The notes: generated from the sequence alone by a model not told the origin. A stretch of DNA of 64,000 nt from Actinomycetes bacterium (GCA_024276495.1 JAJRXC010000107.1:29025-93024); one strand, 5' to 3'; shown: positions 9,293 to 18,697, counted from the first letter of the stretch. Numbers and translations: made by a program.

Positions 9293-10153
9293 TTGCCGGA
9301 CAAACGAATGACCGAGGACGAGGTCATCAGCGAGCTCGAGAGCGGGATGACGATCGGCATCGGTGGATGGGGTTCGCGGCGCAAGCCGATGTCGCTCGTC
9401 CGGGCGATCCTCCGCAGTGATCTCACCGACCTCCACATCGTCGCCTACGGCGGGCCCGACATCGGCATCCTCACCGCCGCCGGAAAATGCCGGAAGGTCA
9501 CCTATGGTTTCGTCTCCCTCGACTCGATACCGCTCGAGCCCCACTTCCGGGCCGTTCGCCAGGCCGGCGCGGTGGACTTCACGGAGCTCGACGAGGGGGC
9601 CTTCTACCTCGGCCTCATGGCCGCAGCCCACCGGGTTCCCTTCTACCCGACGCGGGCCGGCCTCGCGACCGCCATGATGTCGGAGAACCCCGATCTCCGA
9701 ACCGTGCGGTCGCCCTATGCCGACGGCGAGGAGCTCGTGGCGATCCCGGCGTTCGAGATGGACGTCGTGCTGATCCACATGAACCGGGCCGACGCCAAGG
9801 GCAACGGTCAGTTTCTCGGCCCCGACCTCTACTTCGACGACCTGTTCGCGATGGCCGGCACGCGCACGTTCATGTCGGCCGAGCGGATCGTCCCCACCGC
9901 GGCGTTCCTCGACGAGGGGTCGGTGCACACGCTGCGGGTACCGCGGATCCATGTCGACGGCGTGGTCGAGGCCCCGATGGGCGCCCACTTCACCGAGTGC
10001 CCGCCCGACTACGGACGCGACGAGGTGTTCCAGCGGGACTACGCGGCAACGGCGAAGGACCCCGACGCGTGGGCCCGGTTCCGTGCCGACTGGCTGGAGC
10101 TCGAATCACACGAGGCCTACACGACCAGGCTGAAGGAACGAGGTGCATGGTGA
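9293..10153 (+). CDS. CoA-transferase family subunit A, IpdA-like
   Basis: MPDKRMTEDEV..GMTIGIGGWGSRRKPMSLVRAILRSDLTDLHIVAYGGPDIG closely resembles, from memory, M. tuberculosis Rv3551. A TTG 9293 start is preceded by AAGGAG (9275-9280). Alternatives are ATG 9248 and ATG 9308. Confidence 0.85.
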   Translation: MPDKRMTEDEVISELESGMTIGIGGWGSRRKPMSLVRAILRSDLTDLHIVAYGGPDIGILTAAGKCRKVTYGFVSLDSIPLEPHFRAVRQAGAVDFTELDEGAFYLGLMAAAHRVPFYPTRAGLATAMMSENPDLRTVRSPYADGEELVAIPAFEMDVVLIHMNRADAKGNGQFLGPDLYFDDLFAMAGTRTFMSAERIVPTAAFLDEGSVHTLRVPRIHVDGVVEAPMGAHFTECPPDYGRDEVFQRDYAATAKDPDAWARFRADWLELESHEAYTTRLKERGAW

Positions 10154-10935
10154 GCGCGGTCGACAACACCGAGGTCTCGCTCGACGAGATCTGCATCATC
10201 GCCCTCGCCGAGGCTTTCCGGGGTGACGGCGAGGTGCTGTGCAACCCGATGGGGCCCGTGCCGGTCATCGCCGGACGGCTGGCCCGGGCCACCTTCGAGC
10301 CGGACCTGATGCTCACCGACACGATCGCGTACGCCGTCGAGGGCAACCTCGCGCTCGGTGCCGATGCCGGCGACGCCGTGGTCGAGTCGTACATGCCGTT
10401 TCGTTCGATCTTCGATCAGGTGTGGTCCGGAACGCGCCATGTGGTGATGGGCGCCAGCCAGATCGACCGTCACGGCAACCAGAACTTCGCGGCCATCGGC
10501 GAGTACCGAAAGCCCAAGGCGCAGCTGCTGGGCATGCGGGGGGCGCCGGGGAACCTCATCAACCACGCCACCACCTACTGGGTACCGAACCAGGCCCGGG
10601 CGTTCTGCGAACGTGTCGATGTCGTGTCGGGTCCCGGCTACGACCGCATCGCCGAGCTCCCCGAGGCGAGCCGGGCCCAATTCGAGATCCGCCGCGTCGT
10701 GACCGACCTCGGTGCCTACGACTTCGAGATCGACGACGACACGAGCCGGCCGCCGACGATGCGCATCCGGTCCCTGCACCCGGGGATCACAGTGGCACAG
10801 GCCCAGGCGGCGTCGCCCTTCGAGCTGCGGGTCACCGGCGCGGTTCCAGAGAGCCGGCTGCCGACCGACGAGGAGCTGGACCTCATCCGCGAGGTGTTCG
10901 ATCCCGACGGCGTACGCAAGGCCGAGTTCCGCTGA
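10147..10935 (+). CDS. CoA-transferase family subunit B, IpdB-like
   Basis: ATG 10147 overlaps the end of subunit A. MGASQIDRHGNQN...GAPGNLINHATTYWV...RLPTDEELDLIREVFDP resembles Rv3552 from memory. There is no SENG motif. Confidence 0.85.
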   Translation: MVSAVDNTEVSLDEICIIALAEAFRGDGEVLCNPMGPVPVIAGRLARATFEPDLMLTDTIAYAVEGNLALGADAGDAVVESYMPFRSIFDQVWSGTRHVVMGASQIDRHGNQNFAAIGEYRKPKAQLLGMRGAPGNLINHATTYWVPNQARAFCERVDVVSGPGYDRIAELPEASRAQFEIRRVVTDLGAYDFEIDDDTSRPPTMRIRSLHPGITVAQAQAASPFELRVTGAVPESRLPTDEELDLIREVFDPDGVRKAEFR

Positions 10936-12104
10936 TGGACCTCGAGCTCTCACCTCGCCACCTGGAGTTCCGCGACGAATGCCGGTCATGGCTCGCGGCG
11001 AACAAGCCCGCTCGACCATTGCGGTCGATGGACACCGCGGCCGGCTTCGAGGAGCATCGTGAATGGGAGCGCGTCCTGTTCGACGGGGGATGGTCGGTCC
11101 CGGGCTGGCCTGCGTCGTACGGCGGCCGCGACTGCGATCTCATCGAATGGCTCATCTATGAAGAGGAGTACTGGCTGTCGGGGGCACCCGGTCGGGTCAG
11201 CGCCAACGGGGTGAGCCTGCTGGCCCCCACCATCTTCAACTTCGGCACGCAGGCGCAGCAGGACCACTTCCTGCCGAAGATGGCCAGCGGCGAGCACATC
11301 TGGGCCCAGGGATGGTCCGAACCCGGGGCCGGGTCCGATCTCGCGGCGATCGCGACGAGGGCGATCCGCGACGGGGACCACTATGTGCTCAACGGCCAGA
11401 AGACCTGGTGCTCCCGGGGGGCGTTCGCCGACTGGATCTTCTGCATCGTCCGCACGGACCCGGAGGCGGAGCGACACGCCGGACTCACGTATCTCCTCGT
11501 GCCGGCCGACGCGCCCGGTCTCGAGCGGCGACCGATCGGGCGTCTCGACGGCGAACCCGGGTTCGCCGAGCTGTTCTTCGACGACTGTCGCGTTCGGGTC
11601 GACAACGTCCTCGGGGAGGAGGGTCAGGGCTGGGCCGTCGCGATGGCCGCGGCCGGCTCCGAGCGCGGCCTCAACCTGCGCAGTCCGGGTCGCTTCATGG
11701 CCGCGGCCGAACGGCTGACCGAGCTGGTCCGCACGCTGCGGGCCGAGCAACGAGAGATCGATCCCCGCCGGCGCGACGAGGTCACCGATGCCTGGATCCG
11801 GGCCCAGGCGTACCGCTGGCAGACATACGCCACCGCGGCCCGGCTCATGGACGGCGCCGAGCTCGGTTCGGAAGCGAGCCTCATGAAGGTCTTCTGGTCC
11901 GAGCTCGACCTCGAGCTCCACGCAACCGCGTTGCGACTGCTCGGCGATCGAGGAGAGCTCGCGGCCGGCGCCCCCGACGCGGTCGACGGGGGACGTTGGC
12001 TCGACGGCTACGTCTTCGCCCTGTCGGGCCCGATCTACGCCGGCACCAACGAGATCCAGCGCAACATCATCGCCGAGCGGGTGCTCGGTCTTCCCCGGAG
12101 GTAG
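10935..12104 (+). CDS. Acyl-CoA dehydrogenase (large subunit type)
   Basis: 389 aa. TGATG overlap with the upstream gene. Contains WAQGWSEPGAGSDLA, KTWCS and a C-terminal IYAGTNEIQRNIIAERVLGLP. Confidence 0.9.
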   Translation: MDLELSPRHLEFRDECRSWLAANKPARPLRSMDTAAGFEEHREWERVLFDGGWSVPGWPASYGGRDCDLIEWLIYEEEYWLSGAPGRVSANGVSLLAPTIFNFGTQAQQDHFLPKMASGEHIWAQGWSEPGAGSDLAAIATRAIRDGDHYVLNGQKTWCSRGAFADWIFCIVRTDPEAERHAGLTYLLVPADAPGLERRPIGRLDGEPGFAELFFDDCRVRVDNVLGEEGQGWAVAMAAAGSERGLNLRSPGRFMAAAERLTELVRTLRAEQREIDPRRRDEVTDAWIRAQAYRWQTYATAARLMDGAELGSEASLMKVFWSELDLELHATALRLLGDRGELAAGAPDAVDGGRWLDGYVFALSGPIYAGTNEIQRNIIAERVLGLPRR

Positions 12105-12107
12105 GCG

Positions 12108-13103
12108 ATGCGGTTCTCGTTCACCGAAGAACAGGACATGTTCCGCGACACCGTGCGTGACCTCCTGGCCGATGTCTGCCCGCCCGACGCGGTGAGGGCC
12201 GGCTGGGACAACGACGACGGCCGGGTGCCGGGCCTGTGGCCGGCGCTCGCCGAGATGGGCATGCTCTCGATCCTGGCCCCCGAGGAGGACGGCGGGCTGG
12301 GAATGGACGAGGTCGATCTCGTCCGTCTTCTCGAGGAGACGGGCTACGCCGGCGTGCCCGACCCGATCATGGAGCACGTGGCCGTCGCCGTACCGGCTCT
12401 GGCCGAGGCCGGCGCATCCGGTCATCTCGCCGCCGCGATCGCCGGAGAGACGACGTGCACGATCGCGTTGACCGGCGGAGGCGACTATGTGGTGGACGCC
12501 GAGGGTGCCGACCTCGTCGTCGTGGAAAGGGACGGCGGCCTGGTCGCCGCCACCGAGTACCGGGTGGAACCCCAAGCCTCCATCGACCGGTCGAGACGGC
12601 TGGGGAAGCTCGTCGCGGTCGATTCCGTCGATCCGCTGAGCGGCGCCGACCCGATTCTCGCCAACGACCGGGCCGCCCTCGGCACCGCGGCCCAGTGCAT
12701 CGGCGTGGCTCGTCGTCTGCTCGACTCGACCGTCGACTACGTCAGCGAACGTCGCCAGTTCGGCAAACCCGTGGGCACCTACCAGGCCGTCAAGCATCAC
12801 CTGGCCGACGTCCGCCTCGGGATCGAGTTCGCCGCACCTCTCGTTCATCGAGCGGCCTGGTCGGTCGCCCATCCGGAGTCACACGACGTCACCACGCGCG
12901 CCCGAGACGTGTCGATGGCGAAGGCCATGGCCGCCGACGCGGTCGACCGGGCCTGTCGAGCCGGGCTGCAGTGTCACGGTGCGATCGGTTACACCGACGA
13001 GTACGACCTTCAACTCTGGCTGAAGCGGGGTTGGGCCCTGGCTGCGGCCCACGGCGATGCCCCGTCGCATCGCGATCGGGTTGCTGACGCGCTGGGCATC
13101 TGA
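12108..13103 (+). CDS. Acyl-CoA dehydrogenase family protein (short, probable partner subunit)
   Basis: 331 aa, starting 3 nt after the previous stop. ACAD C-terminal helical domain (YVSERRQFGKPVGTYQAVKHHLAD...GAIGYTDEYDLQLWLKR). Confidence 0.85.
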   Translation: MRFSFTEEQDMFRDTVRDLLADVCPPDAVRAGWDNDDGRVPGLWPALAEMGMLSILAPEEDGGLGMDEVDLVRLLEETGYAGVPDPIMEHVAVAVPALAEAGASGHLAAAIAGETTCTIALTGGGDYVVDAEGADLVVVERDGGLVAATEYRVEPQASIDRSRRLGKLVAVDSVDPLSGADPILANDRAALGTAAQCIGVARRLLDSTVDYVSERRQFGKPVGTYQAVKHHLADVRLGIEFAAPLVHRAAWSVAHPESHDVTTRARDVSMAKAMAADAVDRACRAGLQCHGAIGYTDEYDLQLWLKRGWALAAAHGDAPSHRDRVADALGI

Positions 13104-13184
13104 GCCCGGGCCGAACCCCACTCCTTTCGAGGCCGCGATGCGACATGAGCCCGCCGGCTGCCGCGGTGTGATAGCCCCAGGGGC

Positions 13185-14510
13185 ATGCGCGGGAGGATCG
13201 TCGTCGTTGCGTTGGCTCTCGTGGCCGGCGCCTGCAGCCAGGACGACTCGTCGGATTCGCCGGTGCAAAGCGAGTCGATCGAGGAGCTCGCGCCGTCGAC
13301 TCCGGCCCAACCGTCGTCCACCACGACCCTGCGACCGCCGGTTCCGACCGATCCGCCCCTGCCGCAGTTCCCCCGGATCGGTGAGCTGGAGATTCCCTGC
13401 CGGCCGGCGGACACGGCGGCCATCACCGACCGTCCGGGGGTGAGTGACGACGCGATCACCATCGGCGTCGGCACCGATCGGGGCGGCATCGCCGCGGTCG
13501 GGTCGGGTCGGGGGGCAGTCGAGATGGTCGAGGCGCTCGCGGATCTGTGCAACGCCCAGGGAGGGCTCCTCGGTCGAGATCTGCGGGTGATCGAGTACGA
13601 CGCGGCGGCAGTCGAGGCCGGTGATCGGGTCGCCGAAGCCTGTGACGAGGTGGTGGCGCTGGTCGGCACCGTCTTCGTGCAGGAGATCGAGAGCACACTC
13701 ACCGCGTTGTCCTGTGGGCTTCCCCTCTACCCGGCGGGTGCCAACCTGGTGCCGACCGACCCCTTCACGCTCCACGGACACCTGGCGGCCTTGTTCGCCG
13801 ACCCGGCGTCGGCGGCGAGCGTCGTTCTGGTCGGGCCCGACACCGCTTCCGGCGCCGCCGACCGGGCGGCACGGCGCGCGGCCGTGGAGACCGGTGCGAC
13901 GGTGTTGACCGTCGCCGGCGAGGTCGCCTATCCGGTCGATCGGCTTCCCGACTGGGCTCGGATCGTGGCCGATGCCCGTGCGTCCGGCGCCGGTCAGGTC
14001 CATCTCGTCGGCGGCTGCGACCAGGCGGTTCTTCCCTTCGCGGCGGCCGCGGTCGGGATCGGGTGGAACCCCATGATCGTCGCGACGGCGGCAGCCTACG
14101 ACGAGGCGTGCCTGGCCGTCGCCGAGCCGTCGCGTCTGCTCGTCGAGGTACCGTTCCTTCCCTTCGAAGATGGTGACTCGGCGCCGGCGACCGCCGCGCA
14201 CGCCGCGCTCCTCGACCGAGTGGGCGCGCCCCGGACCGGCATCGCGATCCTCGCCGCCTCTGCGTTCTGGCGGTGGGCCACTGCCGCTCCCGTCTGTCTC
14301 CCCGATCCCGAACGTGGCTGTTTCGCCGAGGTGCTCGCCGGCCAGACGGACTGGTCGGCCGGGGGGTTGCATCCGGGCATCGGCACCGACGGGACGACCG
14401 AGGGCTGTGCCGTCGTCTTGGGGGTCGAGGACGGCACGTTCGTACGCCGACTCCCTGGTGAGCCGGGAACCTACGACTGCAACCCCGAATGGAGCGTCAC
14501 GTTGCCCTGA
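13185..14510 (+). CDS. Lipoprotein, type-1 periplasmic binding protein fold (LivK-like), orphan
   Basis: Signal and lipobox (LALVAGAC-SQ), a Pro/Thr-rich linker, then ITIGVGTDRGGIAAVG...NAQGGLLGRDLRVIEYD, typical of Leu/Ile/Val-binding-family proteins. No adjacent permease or ATPase. Confidence 0.7.
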   Translation: MRGRIVVVALALVAGACSQDDSSDSPVQSESIEELAPSTPAQPSSTTTLRPPVPTDPPLPQFPRIGELEIPCRPADTAAITDRPGVSDDAITIGVGTDRGGIAAVGSGRGAVEMVEALADLCNAQGGLLGRDLRVIEYDAAAVEAGDRVAEACDEVVALVGTVFVQEIESTLTALSCGLPLYPAGANLVPTDPFTLHGHLAALFADPASAASVVLVGPDTASGAADRAARRAAVETGATVLTVAGEVAYPVDRLPDWARIVADARASGAGQVHLVGGCDQAVLPFAAAAVGIGWNPMIVATAAAYDEACLAVAEPSRLLVEVPFLPFEDGDSAPATAAHAALLDRVGAPRTGIAILAASAFWRWATAAPVCLPDPERGCFAEVLAGQTDWSAGGLHPGIGTDGTTEGCAVVLGVEDGTFVRRLPGEPGTYDCNPEWSVTLP

Positions 14511-14512
14511 GA

Positions 14513-15388
14513 TCAGAGGAGGAGCCGACTCAGGTCGGCGATCCGCTCCTGGGTGAGGCATCGGTTTCCAACCTCGACCGCGGCGAGCAGGAGGTCGAAC
14601 GAGGCGTCGGCGCGGTCGGCGACGACGTCGACGAGATACTCGATCTCGAAGCCGGCGAGCAGCGGCGCCGCGCAGCGCGCCTCTGTCGTCGTCAGCCCGC
14701 CGAGCTCGAGGGCGACCCGCAGCGGGCGGGTGCAGTCGCCCGAGGTGTCGACGGGAACGACCTCGTCGGGATCGACGAAACGAAACAGGAACGTCGCCGC
14801 CTCGGCCCGCGAGACCGCACCTTCGGGAGTGAACGTCGTCTCCGACGTGCCGGTCGTGATGCCCTGCTCGGCCATCCACGCGATCGCGTCGCGCTGGTAG
14901 TCGCGATCGACGTCGGAGAACGGCAGTGGGGCCGACGGACGGGGCTGCCCGGCGTAGCGCCACACGAGCACCGCGAAGTCGCCGCGGGTGATCGACTGGT
15001 AGGGAGCGAACCGGTCGGGGGAGATGCCGGTCGTGAGACCGGCCCCGTAGAGCCAGCCGATCGGCGTCTGCTGGTAGGAGGCGGTGACATCGTCGAACGG
15101 ATGGTCGGCCGCTTCGGGGTCGTTGCCGAGCGCGGCGTCGAGGCGGTAGAGGAATGCCGCCACCTGGCCCCGCGTGAGATCGAGGTCGGGACCGAAGCAG
15201 CCGGCTTCGATGCCGGTGGTGATGCCTTCCGAGACCAGCCATCCGACGGCATCGGTGTAGTAGCGGTCGTCCTCGACGTCGCCGAAACCAACCGCCTGAC
15301 CGGCGAGGGCCGGTGTCGCGAGGGCGAGGGCCAATACGGCGGCGAGCGCCGGGAGAAGAACGCGGCGCGGGCGCGGTGTTCGTGGCAT
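14513..15388 (-). CDS. Secreted protein with three S-layer-homology (SLH) repeats
   Basis: Signal MPRTPRPRRVLLPALAAVLALALATPALA from ATG 15388. Three repeats of the form F-x-D-V-x(4-6)-Y-x-x-A-I/V-x-W-L/M-x(3)-G-I/L-T-T-G. Confidence 0.8.
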   Translation of the reverse strand: MPRTPRPRRVLLPALAAVLALALATPALAGQAVGFGDVEDDRYYTDAVGWLVSEGITTGIEAGCFGPDLDLTRGQVAAFLYRLDAALGNDPEAADHPFDDVTASYQQTPIGWLYGAGLTTGISPDRFAPYQSITRGDFAVLVWRYAGQPRPSAPLPFSDVDRDYQRDAIAWMAEQGITTGTSETTFTPEGAVSRAEAATFLFRFVDPDEVVPVDTSGDCTRPLRVALELGGLTTTEARCAAPLLAGFEIEYLVDVVADRADASFDLLLAAVEVGNRCLTQERIADLSRLLL

Positions 15389-15626
15389 GTTGATGGTTTG
15401 TCCTTGGTCGAATGGTTGCGGTCGACGCCTCGGACCCGTGGCGCAAGACGTGCGATTCGGGGAAGCGACGACCCGTGGACACGAGTCGATGTGGTGGCCC
15501 CACGATACCCGTCGTTCGCCCGCTCGACCGATCGCGGTGACACAGGTCATGGCGGGTGACGGTGGTCACAATCGCGGCCGCGGCGCCCAGTGGAGGTCGC
15601 GGCGCCGTCTCGCGTACGCTCCGACG

Positions 15627-16406
15627 ATGCCCGAATCGCTCCCGACCGAGCCGGTGATCCCCCGCTCGGTTCGACGGGTCGCCCTGGTGATGGCGATGGA
15701 GGTCGAGGCGGCTCCACTGCGGACCGCCCTCGACCCGACCGCCATCGATCTGCCGGGATGGGCCGCGGGGCTTCCGGCGCGACTCGCGGTCGCGCCGGCG
15801 ACCGGACGTCGCCCCGAGGTCCTCCTCGCGGTCAATGGCGTGGATCCGGTGAGCGGTGTCGCCTGTGTCGGGACCACCGCCGCCGCCCTCACGACCCAGG
15901 TCGTCTTGAACCTCGACGATCGACCCAGGCCCGAGCTCGTCCTCAGCGTCGGCACCGCCGGGGGCTGGGTCCGAGCCGGGGCCCGGATCGGCGACACGTT
16001 CCTGGCCTGGCCGCATTTCTCGTGCCACGACCGCCGGATCCCGCTGCCGGGCTTCCAGGCGCTCGGCGACGGCGACCTTCCGGCCGCCGATCTTCGCTCC
16101 CACGCGGCGCCGCTCGGCTGCCGCCTGGGCATCGTGACGACCGGTGACAGCCTCGACGAGTCGCCCACCGACCGGGTCCGGATCCTCGAGAACGGCGGCG
16201 AGGTGAAGGAGATGGAAGCGGCCGCGGTGGCGTGGGTCTGTCATCTCCACGGGGTCCCGGTCGGTGCGGTGAAGTCCATCACCGACCTGGTCGACTCCCC
16301 GGTGGCCACCCCCGAGCAGTTCACCGACAACCTCGCGGCCGCGTCGGCGTCGCTGCGACGCACGACGATGGCGCTGCTCGAGCGGCTGAGCGGAGCAACG
16401 ACGTGA
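15627..16406 (+). CDS. Nucleoside phosphorylase-fold nucleosidase (MTA/SAH nucleosidase-like)
   Basis: RRVALVMAMEVEAAPL, SVGTAGG and VKEMEAAAVAWVC match the PNP_UDP_1 / MtnN-type motifs. Start at ATG 15627. Confidence 0.8.
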   Translation: MPESLPTEPVIPRSVRRVALVMAMEVEAAPLRTALDPTAIDLPGWAAGLPARLAVAPATGRRPEVLLAVNGVDPVSGVACVGTTAAALTTQVVLNLDDRPRPELVLSVGTAGGWVRAGARIGDTFLAWPHFSCHDRRIPLPGFQALGDGDLPAADLRSHAAPLGCRLGIVTTGDSLDESPTDRVRILENGGEVKEMEAAAVAWVCHLHGVPVGAVKSITDLVDSPVATPEQFTDNLAAASASLRRTTMALLERLSGATT

Positions 16407-17128
16407 GCGACGAGTCGCGCCCGGGCGACGACGAGCTCGTGGTCGCACGCCTCCGGGAGATCGGCCGCCAGGTCCACGCCGGTCAGGTCGATGCCGAATC
16501 CCGCACCCGCGCGCTCGGTCATCTCGACGAGGCGTTGCGGCTCCTGTCCGACGGCACACCGCGACGGCGGTGGCAGACCGTCGACGACCCGGCCCGAACC
16601 GAGACCCGGGCACGAGACCGGGGACTGTCGACCTTCTCGGGTGCGCTCAACGTCGTGGCTCCACCGATGAGCATCCGGGCCGGCGAACTTCCCGACGGCC
16701 GCCGCGCCCTCATCGGCCGGGTTCGCCTCGGTCGACTCCACGAGGGTCCGCCCCGGTCGGTACACGGTGGCGTCCTCGCCGGGCTCTTCGACGAGTTGCT
16801 GGGCGGGGGACAACGGCTCAACGGCGGCCCCCCGGGAATGACCGGTCGGCTCACGGTTCGGTACCGGCGCCCGACCCCGCTCGACGCCGACCTCGAGCTG
16901 CGGGTCTGGATTCACGACGAACGAACCCGTCGGGTGGTCGTACGGGGCGAGTGCGCGCTCGTCGACGAGGCCTCGGCACGTCGAGGGTCGCCACGGGGCA
17001 AGGACACGATCACCGCCCACGCCGAAGCGATCTTCATGCGGGTGGACTTCGCTCGACTCGACGACATGATGCGGGATCGGCCCGACGGGGAGACCCCCGC
17101 CACCGCACCACCTCCGGAGAGGCGCTGA
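16403..17128 (+). CDS. PaaI-family hotdog-fold thioesterase
   Basis: GTG 16403 overlaps the upstream stop (GTGA). Core SVHGGVLAGLFDELLG...GMTGRLTVRYRRPTP. Confidence 0.75.
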   Translation: MSDESRPGDDELVVARLREIGRQVHAGQVDAESRTRALGHLDEALRLLSDGTPRRRWQTVDDPARTETRARDRGLSTFSGALNVVAPPMSIRAGELPDGRRALIGRVRLGRLHEGPPRSVHGGVLAGLFDELLGGGQRLNGGPPGMTGRLTVRYRRPTPLDADLELRVWIHDERTRRVVVRGECALVDEASARRGSPRGKDTITAHAEAIFMRVDFARLDDMMRDRPDGETPATAPPPERR

Positions 17129-17697
17129 TGGACGACCGGTCCACGATGATCGAGGCTCCCCGTCCCGACGACGACCCCGACCGCCCGATGGTGGTCTTTC
17201 TCTGCACCGGAAACGCGGCCCGCTCCGTGATGGGATCCGCGCTGCTTCGGGTCCGATTGGGCGCCGAGCCACCGGTGTCGGTGTCGAGCGGCGGGACCCA
17301 TGTCCTTCCCGGACAGGTGATGAGCGTTCGCACCCGCACCGCGCTCGAACGGCACCGGATCCGCGACCCGTTCCACCGCAGTCGTCAGCTCGTCCCGTCC
17401 GACATCGAACGAGCGTCGTTGATCGTGGCCATGGAGTCCGACCATCTCCGCTGGATGCGGCGAACCCATCCGATCGGCGCACCGATCACCGGCAGCCTGA
17501 AGCGGGTCGTCCGCGACCTCGCACCCCCGTGCGAAGGTTCGCTCGACGAGCGAGTCGCCGCGCTCGCGCTGGCGCAACAGACCTTCGAGGAGTGGGAGGA
17601 GATCGTCGACCCGGGTGGGGGGGAACAGCCGGATTTCGACGTCGCCGCCGACGAAATCGCGGCGCTCGTCGACCGCCTGTCCACCCGGTTGGGCTGA
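17128..17697 (+). CDS. Low-molecular-weight phosphotyrosine phosphatase / ArsC-superfamily protein
   Basis: TGATG overlap with the upstream gene. P-loop VVFLCTGNAARS (C-x5-R-S). Confidence 0.8.
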   Translation: MDDRSTMIEAPRPDDDPDRPMVVFLCTGNAARSVMGSALLRVRLGAEPPVSVSSGGTHVLPGQVMSVRTRTALERHRIRDPFHRSRQLVPSDIERASLIVAMESDHLRWMRRTHPIGAPITGSLKRVVRDLAPPCEGSLDERVAALALAQQTFEEWEEIVDPGGGEQPDFDVAADEIAALVDRLSTRLG

Positions 17698-17699
17698 CG

Positions 17700-18365
17700 G
17701 TGTCCGGTCATCGCCGGGAGGGTCTGCTTCTCGCGATCGCCGTCGGCGTCGTCGGCGTGACGTTCGGGGTGCTGGCCGACGCCGCCGGTCTGAGCCTCCC
17801 CCGGGTGATCGTCATGTCGGCGCTGGTGTTCACCGGCGCGTCGCAGTTCGCCGCCGTGTCGGTTGTCGATGCCGGTGGCTCGGGTCCCGCGGCGGTCGGC
17901 TCGGCGATGCTGCTCGCGGCCCGCAACGCCCTCTACGGACCCGTCGTTGCCCGGCTGCTTCCCCGCCGTCGGGCGTTCCGGGCGCTCGGTGCCCATCTGG
18001 TGATCGACGAGACCACCGCGATGGCGAGCGTGCAGGCCGACGACGACGCGGCAGCCGACGCGTTCTGGTGGACCGGGGTCTGGCTGTGGACGTTGTGGAA
18101 CCTCGGATCGATCGGCGGCGCACGTCTGGGTGCGGCCATCGGTGACGCCCGGACGTGGGGCCTCGACGCGGCGTTTCCGGCCGCGTTCGTCGCGCTGTTG
18201 GCGCCTCACGTCCGCACCGCGCCGGGCCGTGTTGCGGCGATCCTGGGGGCCGGGTTGGCGATGGCGACCGTGCCCCTCGCCCCGGCTGGCGTGCCACTGC
18301 TCGTCGCTGCGCTCGCGGTCGGTCCCGCGGCGTGGTGGCATGTTCGTTCGGCGGCGACGCCATGA
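17700..18365 (+). CDS. AzlC-family branched-chain amino-acid exporter subunit
   Basis: Multi-TM protein with the VFTGASQFAAV motif. GTG 17700 lies 2 nt after the upstream stop. Confidence 0.8.
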   Translation: MSGHRREGLLLAIAVGVVGVTFGVLADAAGLSLPRVIVMSALVFTGASQFAAVSVVDAGGSGPAAVGSAMLLAARNALYGPVVARLLPRRRAFRALGAHLVIDETTAMASVQADDDAAADAFWWTGVWLWTLWNLGSIGGARLGAAIGDARTWGLDAAFPAAFVALLAPHVRTAPGRVAAILGAGLAMATVPLAPAGVPLLVAALAVGPAAWWHVRSAATP

Positions 18366-18697
18366 CGTGGTGGGCGATCGGCGCCCTGGTCGTCGGCGCC
18401 TACGGGTGCACGCTCCTCGGCGTCTTCGTGTTGGCCCGGCTCGATGCGCGGGCCGAAGCGGCGACGACCGGTTGGGTGCGTCGTCTCCCGTTGATCGCGA
18501 CATTGATCCCGGCCGCGCTGTTCGCCGCCCTGATCGCGGTGCAGACATTCGATGTCGACGGTTCACTTCGTCTCGACGCACGGGCGGCAGGCCTCGCCGT
18601 GAGCGCCGTTGCCGTGTGGCGCCGGGCCCCGTTCGCGGTGGTCGTAATCGGCGCGATGAGCGTCACCGCGGTGATTCGCTGGCAGACTTCCGGGTGA
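18362..18697 (+). CDS. AzlD-family small membrane protein
   Basis: 111 aa with 3-4 TM segments. ATGA overlap with azlC-like, the usual AzlC/AzlD pairing. Confidence 0.75.
   Translation: MTWWAIGALVVGAYGCTLLGVFVLARLDARAEAATTGWVRRLPLIATLIPAALFAALIAVQTFDVDGSLRLDARAAGLAVSAVAVWRRAPFAVVVIGAMSVTAVIRWQTSG

Noticed and set aside
15389-15626. Riboswitch or small RNA in the 238-nt SLH / nucleosidase spacer
   Set aside because: I looked by eye for c-di-AMP (ydaO), SAM and guanidine motif cores on both strands and found none. Only a duplicated 9-mer is present. A covariance-model scan would be needed to say more.
12879-16613. 1244-aa minus-strand ORF, the longest in the ORF track
   Set aside because: It runs antisense across five well-supported genes on both strands. 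Its translation is Arg/Pro/Gly-rich low-complexity sequence with no motifs. This is the typical stop-free antisense frame of a very GC-rich genome.
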